A stretch of 64,000 bases of DNA from Alphaproteobacteria bacterium (GCA_965243135.1 OZ251539.1:2784001-2848000), one strand, 5' to 3'. Counted from the stretch's first letter, positions 35,401 to 45,460 are shown. Numbers and translations are program-made. The notes: generated from the sequence alone by a model not told the origin.

Positions 35401-36048
35401 GACAACAGCCGGTTGCCGGATTCACCTGTCGTCTTCATCGATATGCCCTATGTGCAGAGCACGATGGGGAAACGAGATGTCGAGCGACAACCAAGATACC
35501 ATAATCCCGAGGAAGCGGAAGCCGTAACGACAGCACTTTCGCTTATCCAAGCCAAACCGGTCGAGAGCGGGGTGCCATCCCTTGCCGTGCTCAGTCCTTA
35601 CCGGGAACAGGTGCGCCGCCTTGAGGAGCGTATCGACGAATTGCGCCCCGACAGACTCGCACATCTGTCCGGATTTTCGATCGAGGGCAAACAAGGAATT
35701 CATATCGGCACCGTAGACTCCTTTCAGGGGAGCGAAGCCGACGTGGTTTTGGTTTCGTTGGTGCGAAATAATCATCATTCAGGTCGGCGCGGGTTGGGCT
35801 TCCTCGGCGATGCACGGCGGATGAACGTGCTGCTCAGTCGAGCGAAATGGAAACTCATTCTTGTGGGCAGCCTAGAATTTTTGCAAAAGAGATTCCAAAG
35901 CGGATCCACTGTGTCGTCGAGCGATTTGTTGGCATTCCTGAAGAATATCCTCGATACGATGGATGAGTTACGTCTTGAAAATGACGAAAAAGGAGAGCCG
36001 TTGGCGGCGATCGTTCCCGTCTCGACGTTAATGGGCGAGGCATCATGA
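32485..36048 (+). CDS. mkoA: Kinase-like domain + SF1 (DNA2/NAM7/UPF1) helicase, Mokosh type I MkoA-like
   Basis: VLKEW...LHRNL...LSGFEW; GPPGVGKT, EEAGKA, GDHLQLPP, QHRMHP, TVDSFQGSE, RMNVLLSRAK. Confidence 0.75.
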   Translation: MTRSHRNSSFLDRFRLEERVLRRSDRKLGRPRMTAGTERETGSGIVLKEWLRDPKVADDDLREIWRHEIRQLHRLAGYPGAREHIVLLHDSAEDSKAFYQALNSGQRAPLRTFLDSPHKEGWLHNPRRESSRLHLWRNLQRVAKGLDILHMQGLLHRNLDDWSVFTDAGDEPDFQLSGFEWSIRLAGGSDAPRIDHGRDDDTAIHSFLEDWKAFGQLAALLLNIDSRALLAHRPGLRNPAEFLDASERTLLLLLLRADPLKHIDGDLIDDRICTIVSNLERKVTAHGLKLYLTCSLGSGQRLSEKIRTVSEGSIEMGDTDRQLAFIREDLSSSPNLIIVADKNAETGRRYLLVGHDLIYKLRQYRPRGGNPTWDVAYCDRHEDELPLQPAIIGEKTLSSNSLELLPLPEAKRRFVRLQGKATRWERQIESPPQKSHLDERAERRYRGLVLVQLLESLRTAAEIWPISVIKRAREGERTLIHVKPRADSQIEGLSQALGLDSPAARFRETFESEQADGEYEWKLTEEGVLGEWDRETAQWSFVEVEEKEGAEPLYVFESVGEPPIDDSLFLRNSGFVGQDLLLKRQIKALRALREHVELLAMLTDPRIGLRPTHDDPAEDEAFANMDESKQCAIKELWGVLPAYFIQGPPGVGKTRLVRELVARRFAEDSTTRILLSAQSHQAVDHLSNEIHDVLTRTDGETPLSIRCFAKNRDGRPGPFDLREQARSIIDRLMKSKLAADAPDNLLAKLEDLRNTFGNGQEEEGEFEAERPDRAFEAMLLRSANVVLASTNAGDLERLIEEHALFDWTIVEEAGKASGVELLSPLLLSHRRLMIGDHLQLPPFEADQRTRLLNDPSKIRDALTLGRNLVGRLFPAAEMDELISSIEGENALAAACGEAADALMMFETMVRKELDGRISSGPRLPIATRLSRQHRMHPAIARLISQSFYDGSLSTDRSCERKYQEESAPFSIADNSRLPDSPVVFIDMPYVQSTMGKRDVERQPRYHNPEEAEAVTTALSLIQAKPVESGVPSLAVLSPYREQVRRLEERIDELRPDRLAHLSGFSIEGKQGIHIGTVDSFQGSEADVVLVSLVRNNHHSGRRGLGFLGDARRMNVLLSRAKWKLILVGSLEFLQKRFQSGSTVSSSDLLAFLKNILDTMDELRLENDEKGEPLAAIVPVSTLMGEAS

Positions 36049-37844
36049 ACACGCGTGTGGCCTTTCCGGTTTTACTCCTGAAGTTGAACCTGACTCTGGA
36101 AAAAGGTCGCCGTTGGAGCGTTGTCGAACACCTCATCCTCCATTCGCTTTGCCAGAGGCCGCAATCAGCGGCCGAGTTGGCAGCCGCCGGGAACTTGCCC
36201 CGGCGTCTCGTCATCGAAACTGTTATCCTTCTGATGCGCGCCGGATGGGTGGAATTGCAGCAAATCGACGATCAACACGGATTCCGTGCGACGGCCGCGG
36301 GACGGAAAGCTGTCGATCAAGATCCGCTTCCGGCAATTTCCCGATTATTGAAACGTTCAGCCAGCATCGCTATCGACAAGATTTCATGTACGGTATTCAG
36401 AACACGAGACTTGAATCTTGTGAATCGGCGGCGTTTGCAGAAAATCAAGAAACAAGGCGAATTAACGATTTTGCCCCTTGCAGATTCAGAACCCCCAATA
36501 CAGTCGTTGCAGGGTGAAATGATCGAAAGAGTACTAGAGCACGATGAGACATGCTGCTCCGTGGCCTTGAGAGGAGGGCAACCAGTAAACCTTTATGCTC
36601 TTGTGACGGTGCGAGAAGAATCGATAAAGGGGCTTCCTGACGGTACACCTCAGGTGTTGAAGGATGCGATCATACGCGCGGCCACGAAGCGAGTTTCCAG
36701 CACTGCGACGCCTTCAGCCCGAACGGCCCGTGAAACATTTGAAGAGCGCCAGAGAATTTTTAACATCATTTTCGACAACCGGAATCTCGTCCTCGGCGGA
36801 GACGAACACAAAGCGGCGTTTGAACGTCTCGTGCGCGAAGCGCAATCGCGAATAGTCATACACTCGACATTCATTTCCGCAGATCGATTTCGTGATCTGC
36901 TCCCAATGCTTGACGATGCAGCACATAGAGGCGTAAAGATCGACATCCTATGGGGTCAATCTTCGATCATCGACGGGTCCACCGCCGAAGAAGTTCGCAG
37001 TTGCCGCGATATGCTTGCGGACAATGCCTTGAAAGAACAGATCAGATTACACTCGTTTTCCACAAAATCTCATGCAAAGTTACTCCTTGCAGACAACGGA
37101 AAACAGCAGATGACCGGAATAATCGGATCATGCAATTGGCTGAGTTCGAGTTTCGACAGTTTTGAGGCATCCTTGCGGTTTTCCGACACGCGCATGATCG
37201 CGGAAGTAGCGCAGTGTCTGGCGACGCTGGCTTGCGGTCCCAATGACCATTGGAGAGAACTGACGAGAGATCTGGCCGTCCTGGCGGCCAATTGCCGAAA
37301 GCGGGCACAAGCCACAACCAGCGATACAATGGCCTCAATGGTGCTTGGCGCACAGCATGGCGATTATATCCGGCGCGCGCGCGACAACGCCGAACGCCGT
37401 ATCGTTGTAGGCAGTCACCGCTTGGGCGGCTCCGCTGAAACTTCGGTGTTCGTGCCCGCGCAAGCGGCGAGTGACCAAGGCATCGAGGTCGTCGTCTATT
37501 ACGGCAGAACCTCGGGGCCGGCCAGCGGTACGGACCCAGAGAAAAATATTCGCGATGGAATAGCGAACGGTCTTCGGATTCAACGGATCCGTAATCCGCG
37601 GATGCACGCGAAGTTTCTCGTCTGGGACGATGACCATTTATTGATCACCAGTCAAAACTGGCTATCCGCCGATCCTTCGGACCGCAATCCATACGCCGAG
37701 ATAGGCGTCTATATTCGTAATCACGGCATTGGTCGGGAATTCGTCGCCCGGTTCAATCAAGCGGTCAACCATGGTTTGCAGGTTTCCGGGCAAGGGCAAA
37801 GCAACGGGGATGGAACTTCTGAGATTATGAACGCATCGGGCTAA
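36045..37844 (+). CDS. mkoB: Double-HKD phospholipase D-family nuclease, MkoB-like
   Basis: HAKLLLAD...GSCNW and HAKFLVWD...TSQNW; ATGA overlap with the helicase gene. Confidence 0.75.
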   Translation: MNTRVAFPVLLLKLNLTLEKGRRWSVVEHLILHSLCQRPQSAAELAAAGNLPRRLVIETVILLMRAGWVELQQIDDQHGFRATAAGRKAVDQDPLPAISRLLKRSASIAIDKISCTVFRTRDLNLVNRRRLQKIKKQGELTILPLADSEPPIQSLQGEMIERVLEHDETCCSVALRGGQPVNLYALVTVREESIKGLPDGTPQVLKDAIIRAATKRVSSTATPSARTARETFEERQRIFNIIFDNRNLVLGGDEHKAAFERLVREAQSRIVIHSTFISADRFRDLLPMLDDAAHRGVKIDILWGQSSIIDGSTAEEVRSCRDMLADNALKEQIRLHSFSTKSHAKLLLADNGKQQMTGIIGSCNWLSSSFDSFEASLRFSDTRMIAEVAQCLATLACGPNDHWRELTRDLAVLAANCRKRAQATTSDTMASMVLGAQHGDYIRRARDNAERRIVVGSHRLGGSAETSVFVPAQAASDQGIEVVVYYGRTSGPASGTDPEKNIRDGIANGLRIQRIRNPRMHAKFLVWDDDHLLITSQNWLSADPSDRNPYAEIGVYIRNHGIGREFVARFNQAVNHGLQVSGQGQSNGDGTSEIMNASG

Positions 37845-37984
37845 GCGTTTGATCGGAAAATTGGGGAAAGACGGTAGCGAAATCGCGAATTTTGCAAGCC
37901 GGAGATGAGAAGCTCTCGAGGAACCTTCAGATGCAACCGAAATTCAGCGCCATTTGCCGGAGCGTTTGGATTTAGGGTTCGGTC

Positions 37985-38480
37985 GCGGGGCGGTCTACTT
38001 GTTCAGGATCCGCGTCCAGTCCCGACGCGAGGCCACCGGGAGAGCACGTCCGTTCCGCAAGTCGAGCTTGCCGCGCCCTTGAGTGCAACCGACCCCGGTC
38101 CAGTTGGCGGCCCAGTAGCAAGTCCCGTCGAACCTCGGGATCTTGCAGAGGGTCTCCACCGGACGCAACGCGTAGCGGCCTTCCCAAGGCAGGCGACACC
38201 AAGGCAAGGGACGCGAGGTTTTTGATTCGGACTCACGGGAAGGCCCTCGCCTCGTTGATCACGAGGAGGCAGGTTGCGGCGACGAGTTTCGGGCCCGACG
38301 AGCTTGTCCCGAGGCGCGCCATGCGGCGGCACCGAAGCCGAAGACGGCGAGGGGTTCGCCGCTGGCAGCACGGAAGAAGTAGCGCCCGCGGGCCGCGTCG
38401 AGCAGCCGAAGTAGCGCTCGTGGAGAAAAAATAACTCCGGTGGCCGTCGCCAACCGAAACACGCGGGTCGCCTGGGCGAA
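37985..38480 (-). pseudogene. DUF4338 remnant from an IS66-like element
   Basis: GFGAAAW, ETLCKIPRFDGTCYWAANWTGVGCTQGRGKLD. Confidence 0.65.
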
Positions 38481-39066
38481 GCCTGCCGGCCTCGCGCCAC
38501 CGAGCTTTCGCCCCCGCAGGCTCATGGCCAGCGTCGCAGGCGGCTCGCCGTCCAGCTACGGCGCAGCGACTCCATTTCGGGAGCGGAGCGCACAGGCAAG
38601 CGCGTCCGCGGGTTCGCGCGCATTGCGACGCGGGCCGGCGATGGGCCGTGCGCTGGCGCGATCTCCACCAGGCAAGCGCGTCCACGAGTTCGCGCGCATT
38701 GCGACCCCTTCGGTATCAACGGACGCGCGAACCCGCGGACGCGCCAGGCAATCAAGAAGATCATACATGACAGCCTGAAACAGCACCGCGAGCCCGCTGC
38801 ATTTTCGCTCCCTCTTTGGGCAACGGGAAGCCTGGACGACAGCGGCAGTCGCGCCGCCGAATATCCGGTACCATTGCGGCTGCGACAAGAGCCATTCGGC
38901 CGAGGCTGGACTTCGGCGAGCCTTCACGCAACTACCGACCGGGGGACATGCCACAGGAATTCCTGTTGCCGCCATGACGCAACTCCCTGCCGCTGGCACC
39001 CGAACGCGGCCTGCGGATGCCGCGGTCGGACATGTCGAAGAGTCGCCCGGACGACGAGACCACCGG

Positions 39067-39705
39067 TTATCGAAACAGGCTCTTCAGAGCGGCGGCGCTT
39101 TGCTTGCGACCGATGATCTTGTACCGGGAGAGATGCGGAAGGTGCACGAACTTCCCGCCATCGAAGATCCCGCGCCACGCCTTCACGTTGCCCCAACATA
39201 CGGGAATCTTGTCGACAGAACGAACATCGAGGATCCCGGCAATGGTGTCCCTCGCCTTGTTCCCCATCGTGATGACCAATTCCGGCCGGGCGCGATCAAG
39301 GATATCCGTCCAGAGCGATTTTCCGAACCTGCTCGCGTACTCTGGATTCTTGAGGCTTTCCCAGTTGGGCGCACGGAACGGAACGAAGTGACCAGCCAGA
39401 ACTTCGCTGCATTCCACTTCCAGAAAGTCACAAAGGCCACGGATCTGCCGCTGTAGCGAGCTCTCGCCGGGAGGACGGCCGTCCCAACTCTCCAGCTCGT
39501 AGGCGCTGCCTTTCCGCATGGCGAATTTGCCATGAGCGGCCGGCTGGTGGTCGCCGCCCGGAGTCTGGTCGATCAGCGCAATCTTCGCGGAATCGAGCGT
39601 TGCCGCCGGGCTAGAGAGAAAACGCCACCCGCAATCATTTCCGCTTTGGCGGTATGCGATCTCAATCCGCCGCTCCAGCGAAGCCGCAAAACTCTCGCCG
39701 TTCAT
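39067..39705 (-). CDS. Uracil-DNA glycosylase-like superfamily protein
   Basis: IALIDQTPGG (GxNPG-like), VPFRAP, PELVITMG, LPHLSR. Confidence 0.6.
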   Translation of the reverse strand: MNGESFAASLERRIEIAYRQSGNDCGWRFLSSPAATLDSAKIALIDQTPGGDHQPAAHGKFAMRKGSAYELESWDGRPPGESSLQRQIRGLCDFLEVECSEVLAGHFVPFRAPNWESLKNPEYASRFGKSLWTDILDRARPELVITMGNKARDTIAGILDVRSVDKIPVCWGNVKAWRGIFDGGKFVHLPHLSRYKIIGRKQSAAALKSLFR

Positions 39706-39919
39706 TTGTTCTTCCTCATTCTGTCTTGCTAATGCTCTTTCGCACAACTACGGTCCCGGGTGCAACCACCAAGGCCGTTAACTATCAGGGACGCATGCCA
39801 GAACCATCGCTGGATCAAAGCGCCGCCAGAGCCGGGGAAGGAATCAGTCTCGACTGTCCTGATTGCGGGCATTCTTGAGAGTCGGCTGCCGGGCCGCAAA
39901 ACAACGGTTGTCATTCGGT

Positions 39920-40261
39920 CTAATCGTCGTTTAGTCGCCTCAGAGCGTGTTCCGCCTTCATCTCCATGCCTGGCCGGTACAGCAGGTCAGCCTCTTCCTT
40001 CGATACCCGCTCGGCCAGCCATTTGTGAGATTTCGTGAACATCGAGTCGAAGATGCGCGCCGCCTCTTCGCCTGCACTTCGATGGGCGTTGCTGTCCGAA
40101 TTTTCGGCCAGAGCCCATCTGAAAAGCCAGAAGACACTTCTGGGGTTCAACCCGCCCCGCTCGTCGCTCACCCAATGTTTAGCCAATCCCCGTTCGAATA
40201 CGGAGTGGTTAATGACGCTTAACCGTTTTCGCGCCTGCTCCACGGTGATTTTCAGTTGCAT
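39920..40261 (-). CDS. Hypothetical protein
   Basis: GGAGG RBS; 113 aa; protein-like composition. Confidence 0.5.
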   Translation of the reverse strand: MQLKITVEQARKRLSVINHSVFERGLAKHWVSDERGGLNPRSVFWLFRWALAENSDSNAHRSAGEEAARIFDSMFTKSHKWLAERVSKEEADLLYRPGMEMKAEHALRRLNDD

Positions 40262-40425
40262 CCATGGTTCCTCCCCTCTCCCTCGGCAGGAAGACCTTAC
40301 GGTCGCCTCGCATTGGAGCAATCAAAATATCAGGTTGTTGTTTTCGAGGGAACCAGTGGTTATGTTTCCTACCCCATACCTGTTCCGCTTGGTAGGATTT
40401 GACAACGGAAAGTAGATCGATGGCG

Positions 40426-41087
40426 GCCGCTATCAACCATGAAGCGCAACGCAGGCAGTCGGCAGCGAAGGGGCGGGGCGACGGGCGGGTCAAGGCACCG
40501 CGGCGGCGGGGCCGGTCTCGACCGAGCGAGCCGGGGGCTGAACCCGGCGGAGCATGCGTAGCGGACAAACACCTTCTCGGCGGGCCGTTGCGGCGGGAGG
40601 GCTCTTTCTCTATCTCAACGTGCAGGACAGCCTTTCCGGTCGCCCGCCTCGCCGCCTGCCGCTCCGACACGGAGACTCCCGTACCCTCAGCATGGCCAGC
40701 ATCTCCATCCGCGCTCTCAACGAGGCCGCCCACCTGCCCCGGCTCTTCGACGGCATAGCTCGTCAGACCCGCAAGCCCGACGAGATCGTCCTCGTCGATT
40801 CAGGATCGATGGACGATTCGGTCGCCGCTATCAACCATGAAGCGCAACGCAGGCTGTCGGCAATCTCCGCCGAGAGGGCGGGCGACGGGCGGGTCAAAGC
40901 GCCGCAGCGGCGGGGCCGGTCTCGACCGAGCGAGCCGGGGCCTGAACTCGGCGAGCATGCGTAGCGGACAAACACCCGCTCTGCGGGCCGTTGCGGCGAG
41001 AGGGCTCTTTCTCTACATGTAGACAGCCTTTCCGGTCGCCCGCCTCGCCGCCTGCCGCTCCGACACGGAGACTCCCGTACCCTCAGC
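40426..41087 (+). repeat. Tandem copies of the GT2 leader (also at 22402-22660)
   Basis: GCCGCTATCAACCATGAAGCGCAACGCAGG starts at ~22402, ~40426 and ~40824. Confidence 0.85.
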
Positions 41088-41744
41088 ATGGCCAGCATCT
41101 CCATAGTCATCCGCGCTCTCAACGAGGCCGCCCACCTGCCCCGGCTCTTCGACGGCATAGCTCGTCAGACCCGCAAGCCCGACGAGATCGTCCTCGTCGA
41201 TTCAGGATCGACGGACGATTCGGTGTCGATCGGCGAACGGGCCGGCGCGCGAGTCGTCTCGATCGCGCCTTCCGCGTTCACCTTCGGACGCGCCCTCAAC
41301 GTCGGGTGCGACGCGGCGTCGGGCGATCTTCTCGTGTTCGCCAGCGCCCATACCTATCCGGCCGACGAACATTGGTTGGAGCGCCTGACGGCTCCGCTGG
41401 AAGCGCATGACGATGTCGCGCTCGTTTACGGGCGACAGACCGGCGACGAACGGAGCGCTTTTTCCGAGATCGAGATCATGCGACGATGGTTTCCGCTCGA
41501 AACGGGTCAGGACCATCCTTTCTGCAACAACGCCAACTGCGCGGTGCGGGCGGCGTACGACGAGGAGTTGACCGGGTTGGAAGACATAGCGTGGGCTTTT
41601 CGGATCCAGCAGGACGACCTCCGAATCTGGTACGAGGCCGACGCCGTCGTCGTCCACGTGCACGAGGAAGGATTCTCGCGGATCGTGAACCGGTACCGGC
41701 GAGAGGCGATCGCCCACAAGTCCTGCGCGGAGCCGACCTCGTGA
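41088..41744 (+). pseudogene. Second, truncated copy of the GT2 gene
   Basis: Near-identical to 22661-23310, then diverges. Confidence 0.8.
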
Positions 41745-41767
41745 GGAGAAGGGGCGTGACGAAAGCG

Positions 41768-44413
41768 ATGACGGCTCCGGGGGCGGAGCATGAAGCGCGG
41801 CTTCAAGAGAAAGACCGAGAGATCGAGGTTGTGTTCGACAGGATCAAGGCGATGCGGCGAGGGCAAGCCGCCAAAGAAAAGGCGGTTGAAGCGCTCGAGG
41901 GTCGGATAGAGCATCTGTTACGAGCCGCCCAAGAACGGGACGAAGAGATAACCGCGCTCAAGGCGGAACGGGACGAAGAGATAACCGCGCTCAAGGCGGA
42001 ACGGGACGAAGAGATAACCGCGCTCAAGGCGGAACGGGACGAAGAGATAACCGCGCTCAAGGCGGAACGGGACGAAGAGATAACCGCGCTCAAGGCGGAA
42101 CGGGACGAAGAGATAACCGCGCTCAAGGCGCGGCTCGCGGAAATCTTGTGCTCGAACAGTTGGGCCGTGACGGGGCCGCTGCGCGTGGCGAAGAACCTGC
42201 TGTCGCGCGTGGTGATGCGGTTGAAACCCCTCCCCGCGGTCGTGGGGAGCGAGGCCGCCGGGGCCGACCGAACGCTCCCGGGCAAAGAAGCACCCCTCCC
42301 CGCGGTCGTGGGGAGCGAGGCCGCCGGGGCCGACCGAACGCTCCCGGGCAAAGAAGCACCCCTCCCCGCGGTCGTGGGGAGCGAGGCCGCCGGGGCCGAC
42401 CGAACGCTCCCGGGCAAAGAGGCCGACAGCCGACGCGTCAGCGTCATTATCCCCGTATACAACAACCTTTACGGCACAAAACATTGTATGGAAAGTGTTC
42501 TGGCGTCGCTTGAGGAGAACGAATGCAAGGGAACAGTGACCGTCATCAATGATGGCAGCACCGAGGAAGGGGTCAGCGAATACCTGCGAGAAATCGCAGC
42601 TATGGGCTGCGTGGTGCTGCACAACCGGAAGAACTACGGGTTCATAAGAGCCGTCAACTACGGGATCCAAAACACGCACCCACAGGACGACATCGTCCTT
42701 CTCAACAGTGATACGGAAGTCAACGGGGACTGGCTGGACCGGTTGCGACGATGCGCCTACCACGACGGGAACATAGGCACGGTCACCCCGTTTTCCAACA
42801 ACGCCGAATCATGCAGCTTCCCGTCCATGTTCCATGAAAACACGTTGCCGGCGGGCGTCACCGCCGCGGCTATTGATGCAGCGTTATCGAATATTTGCGG
42901 TTATGACCCGGTCGATCTTCCAACGGCCGTAGGCTTCTGTATGTTCATCAAACGGGACTGCTTGGATGCCGTCGGTGCCTTCGATGAATTCTACTATGGG
43001 CGGGGTTATGGAGCAGATGGCGACTTTTCCTTGAGAGCGTCCCAGAAAGGTTGGCGCAACGTCTTGTGTCCTAACCTGTTCGTATTCCATGAAGGCGGTG
43101 CCAGCTTGGGTTTGGAGAAGGAAGAACGTATGAGAATTGCGGAGAAAACGATAGACACCGCGCATTCGCATTATTGGAGAGATGTGGCTACATACAGGAA
43201 AATCGACCCCGCGAAGGACATACGCTTGGAGGCCATGTTGCACCTGCTGAGATCCTCGGATAAGCCGGTCATCTTGCACCTGACACACGGTTTGGGAGGC
43301 GGAACGGACAAACATGTGTTCGATTTGATCGACTTTCTCGGCGATCAGGCCTTCGGGATCATTGCGCAGCCCTCCGGGCCGGATACATGTGTTCTCGTAC
43401 TGGATGGCAGGAAGAAAACGCTGACGTTGCGTTTCATGCGCGGGCAGTGGAGGGAACTCATCCGCCTCTTGACGTCCCTCCGTGTGGGCAAGGTGCATGT
43501 GCATCAAGGCTGGCGCGTTCCGGATTGGATGGTCGCCTTGCCGAAACGTCTAGGTGTCCCCTACGACATGAGCGTGCATGATTATTTCTGCATCAACGGC
43601 AACCCGCATTTGATCGATGAGAACGGTTTTTTCTGCTCGGACCAAGGAACACGGGACGAGTGCTGCGCGATCGATGAATACCCCGTACCTGAAAACTTGA
43701 CCGTAGAGCTTTTTCGCGAGCGTAAAGAACGCTTGTTCAAGGATGCGCACAGGGTCTTAGTCCCGAGCCAATATGCGCGGGATTTGATCGGCAGGTACTT
43801 CCCAGACGCCAACTACATCCTCGCGGACCACCACGACCGGGAACTCGCGGGGCTCTACCCTCCTGTCGTCGTCCGCCCGACCTACCGTGACGAAAAGATG
43901 CGGATCGCTGTCTTGGGGAACCTGGGGCCCCACAAAGGCGCGGATATTCTCGATTATGTGGCCATGCAGACGGAGGCGGAATGTGAATTCCATCTCATCG
44001 GGAGCGCCTACCGCTTTTTGGACGCGGCGATCATACAGCACGGGCCCTATGCTGAAGACGACTTGCCAGCCCTGATCGACGGGGCCGATCCTTTACTTAT
44101 CTGGTTTCCTGCCCTTTGGCCGGAGACGTATTCCTATACGCTGAGCGAAGCCCTGTATAGTGGACGCCCGGTTGTGGCGCCGGACATAGGGAGCTTCCCG
44201 GAGCGGACGCGCAACCGCCCCTACACGTATATCGAGCCCTGGAACAAACCCAAGTCCGACTGGATCGCGTTCTTCAGGGCGCTCAAGACGACTTTCCAAA
44301 ACGAAACGCCGCGAGCCCACCCTTGGCGAGATCAGCCCCGGTTCGTTTTCCGGTACAGGCGCGACTACCTTTCCAACCACAACGAAGTGTCAGAAAAGAG
44401 TAGCATAGAATGA
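41768..44413 (+). CDS. Large glycosyltransferase: coiled coil + GT2 + GT4-like domain
   Basis: SVIIPVYN, INDGS, LLNSD, GFCMFI, HGLGGGT, HKGAD, WPETYSYTLSEA; start uncertain. Confidence 0.85.
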   Translation: MTAPGAEHEARLQEKDREIEVVFDRIKAMRRGQAAKEKAVEALEGRIEHLLRAAQERDEEITALKAERDEEITALKAERDEEITALKAERDEEITALKAERDEEITALKAERDEEITALKARLAEILCSNSWAVTGPLRVAKNLLSRVVMRLKPLPAVVGSEAAGADRTLPGKEAPLPAVVGSEAAGADRTLPGKEAPLPAVVGSEAAGADRTLPGKEADSRRVSVIIPVYNNLYGTKHCMESVLASLEENECKGTVTVINDGSTEEGVSEYLREIAAMGCVVLHNRKNYGFIRAVNYGIQNTHPQDDIVLLNSDTEVNGDWLDRLRRCAYHDGNIGTVTPFSNNAESCSFPSMFHENTLPAGVTAAAIDAALSNICGYDPVDLPTAVGFCMFIKRDCLDAVGAFDEFYYGRGYGADGDFSLRASQKGWRNVLCPNLFVFHEGGASLGLEKEERMRIAEKTIDTAHSHYWRDVATYRKIDPAKDIRLEAMLHLLRSSDKPVILHLTHGLGGGTDKHVFDLIDFLGDQAFGIIAQPSGPDTCVLVLDGRKKTLTLRFMRGQWRELIRLLTSLRVGKVHVHQGWRVPDWMVALPKRLGVPYDMSVHDYFCINGNPHLIDENGFFCSDQGTRDECCAIDEYPVPENLTVELFRERKERLFKDAHRVLVPSQYARDLIGRYFPDANYILADHHDRELAGLYPPVVVRPTYRDEKMRIAVLGNLGPHKGADILDYVAMQTEAECEFHLIGSAYRFLDAAIIQHGPYAEDDLPALIDGADPLLIWFPALWPETYSYTLSEALYSGRPVVAPDIGSFPERTRNRPYTYIEPWNKPKSDWIAFFRALKTTFQNETPRAHPWRDQPRFVFRYRRDYLSNHNEVSEKSSIE
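41933..42130 (+). repeat. 33-bp perfect tandem repeat x6 (ERDEEITALKA)
   Basis: GAACGGGACGAAGAGATAACCGCGCTCAAGGCG x6. Confidence 0.95.
42226..42423 (+). repeat. 66-bp tandem repeat x3 (PLPAVVGSEAAGADRTLPGKEA)
   Basis: Direct inspection; in frame. Confidence 0.95.
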
Positions 44414-44712
44414 GCGCACGAGTTTCACGCAGCCGCCAAGAGCGGCGACGCCGCTGCCATTGACCGCCACAGCTCGACGAGGGGGCGGACATCGAGGCCC
44501 GGACGAGCAGGGCATGACCGCTCTCGAATGGGCGTGCGCACGGGGCCACGTCGAGGCGGCGAGCATGCTCCTCGACCGGGGCGCGCATATCGAGCGTGCC
44601 GGCCGGCCGGCTGGACCCCGCTGTGGCACGCGACGGAGACCGGGGGGCACGTCGAGATCGTGCGCCCGCTGCTCGACCGGGGCGCGAACCCGCAGGCGAG
44701 GGAGCGCGGGCG
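44410..44712 (+). pseudogene. Ankyrin-repeat protein remnant
   Basis: GMTALEWACARGHVEAASMLLDRGA; GWTPLWHA...VEIVRPLLDRGANP. Confidence 0.7.
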
Positions 44713-44715
44713 GGA

Positions 44716-44818
44716 TGATTGCCTTCCTGAATGGCTGGATCGACCGCGATCGCCTGGCCGCGCTCGCCCACGGCAAAAGCTCCTACGCCACCTACCTCCT
44801 CCGCCTCGCCGAAGAGTG
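44716..44818 (+). pseudogene. rmlA: Glucose-1-phosphate thymidylyltransferase C-terminal remnant
   Basis: IAFLNGWID...KSSYATYLLRL. Confidence 0.55.
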
Positions 44819-44874
44819 AGACAGGCTCAGGACTCACAACCGGTATTGCTTGATACATAATTCTCATGGAGTAG

Positions 44875-44985
44875 GATCGATAGCAATTCGGCAATTTTTG
44901 CGATTTTGCATTGTCGGCAGCGTCGGATTCGGGATCGATGCTGGCATACTTTCCTTCTTGAACTCCGTGGTAGGCGCGCCTGAGC
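44875..44985 (+). pseudogene. GtrA-family N-terminal remnant
   Basis: IRQFLRFCIVGSVGFGIDAGIL. Confidence 0.5.
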
Positions 44986-45460
44986 GCGCGCGAGGCTCTC
45001 TCGGCGTCGAGAACGTGCCGCAGCCAGATGAGATGCCTGATCGACAGGTCGATCCCGTTGCGTTTTTCCAGGGAAAGAGCCACATCCAAGGGATTGCGGA
45101 TCGGCGAAACGATGAAGGGAGAGACACCGAAAGTCCGCACGATTCCAACCCAGAGGGGCAGCAGGCGGCATATGCGAGGGTCCTTCAGAACGAACAGACG
45201 GCTGTCGGCGAACTCATTCTCAAGTATCGCGCGGGCCCGCTCACGGAACCCTTGCGCGACCGGCGAGGCGTACCAAGTCTCGTCGAGTGCGCTCCAGTCG
45301 TCCCATGCGGAGCCGGAAGATGCCAAGATCTCGTCGTTCAAGGTCACGATGCCTTGGGGCTCCCAATGTCCGGCCGGATTGGTCGGGTCGGCCTTGAGCA
45401 GAGTCCGGGGTAGCCCGCAACCGAGCAGATTCAGGGTGCACGCCATTGCCGACCTGTCAC
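44985..45460 (-). pseudogene. Sulfotransferase-family fragment
   Basis: NPAGHWE, VLKDPRICRLLPLW, RNPLDVALSLEKRNG. Confidence 0.7.

Noticed and set aside
41486-41767. N-terminal extension of the 975-aa glycosyltransferase ORF
   Set aside because: It overlaps the truncated GT2 copy in another frame; the start is more plausibly near 41757-41768.
42226-42423. CTCCCCGCGGTCGTGGGGAG hairpin every 66 bp resembles a type I-E CRISPR repeat
   Set aside because: The intervening sequences are identical, the repeat is in frame within a CDS, and no cas genes are present.
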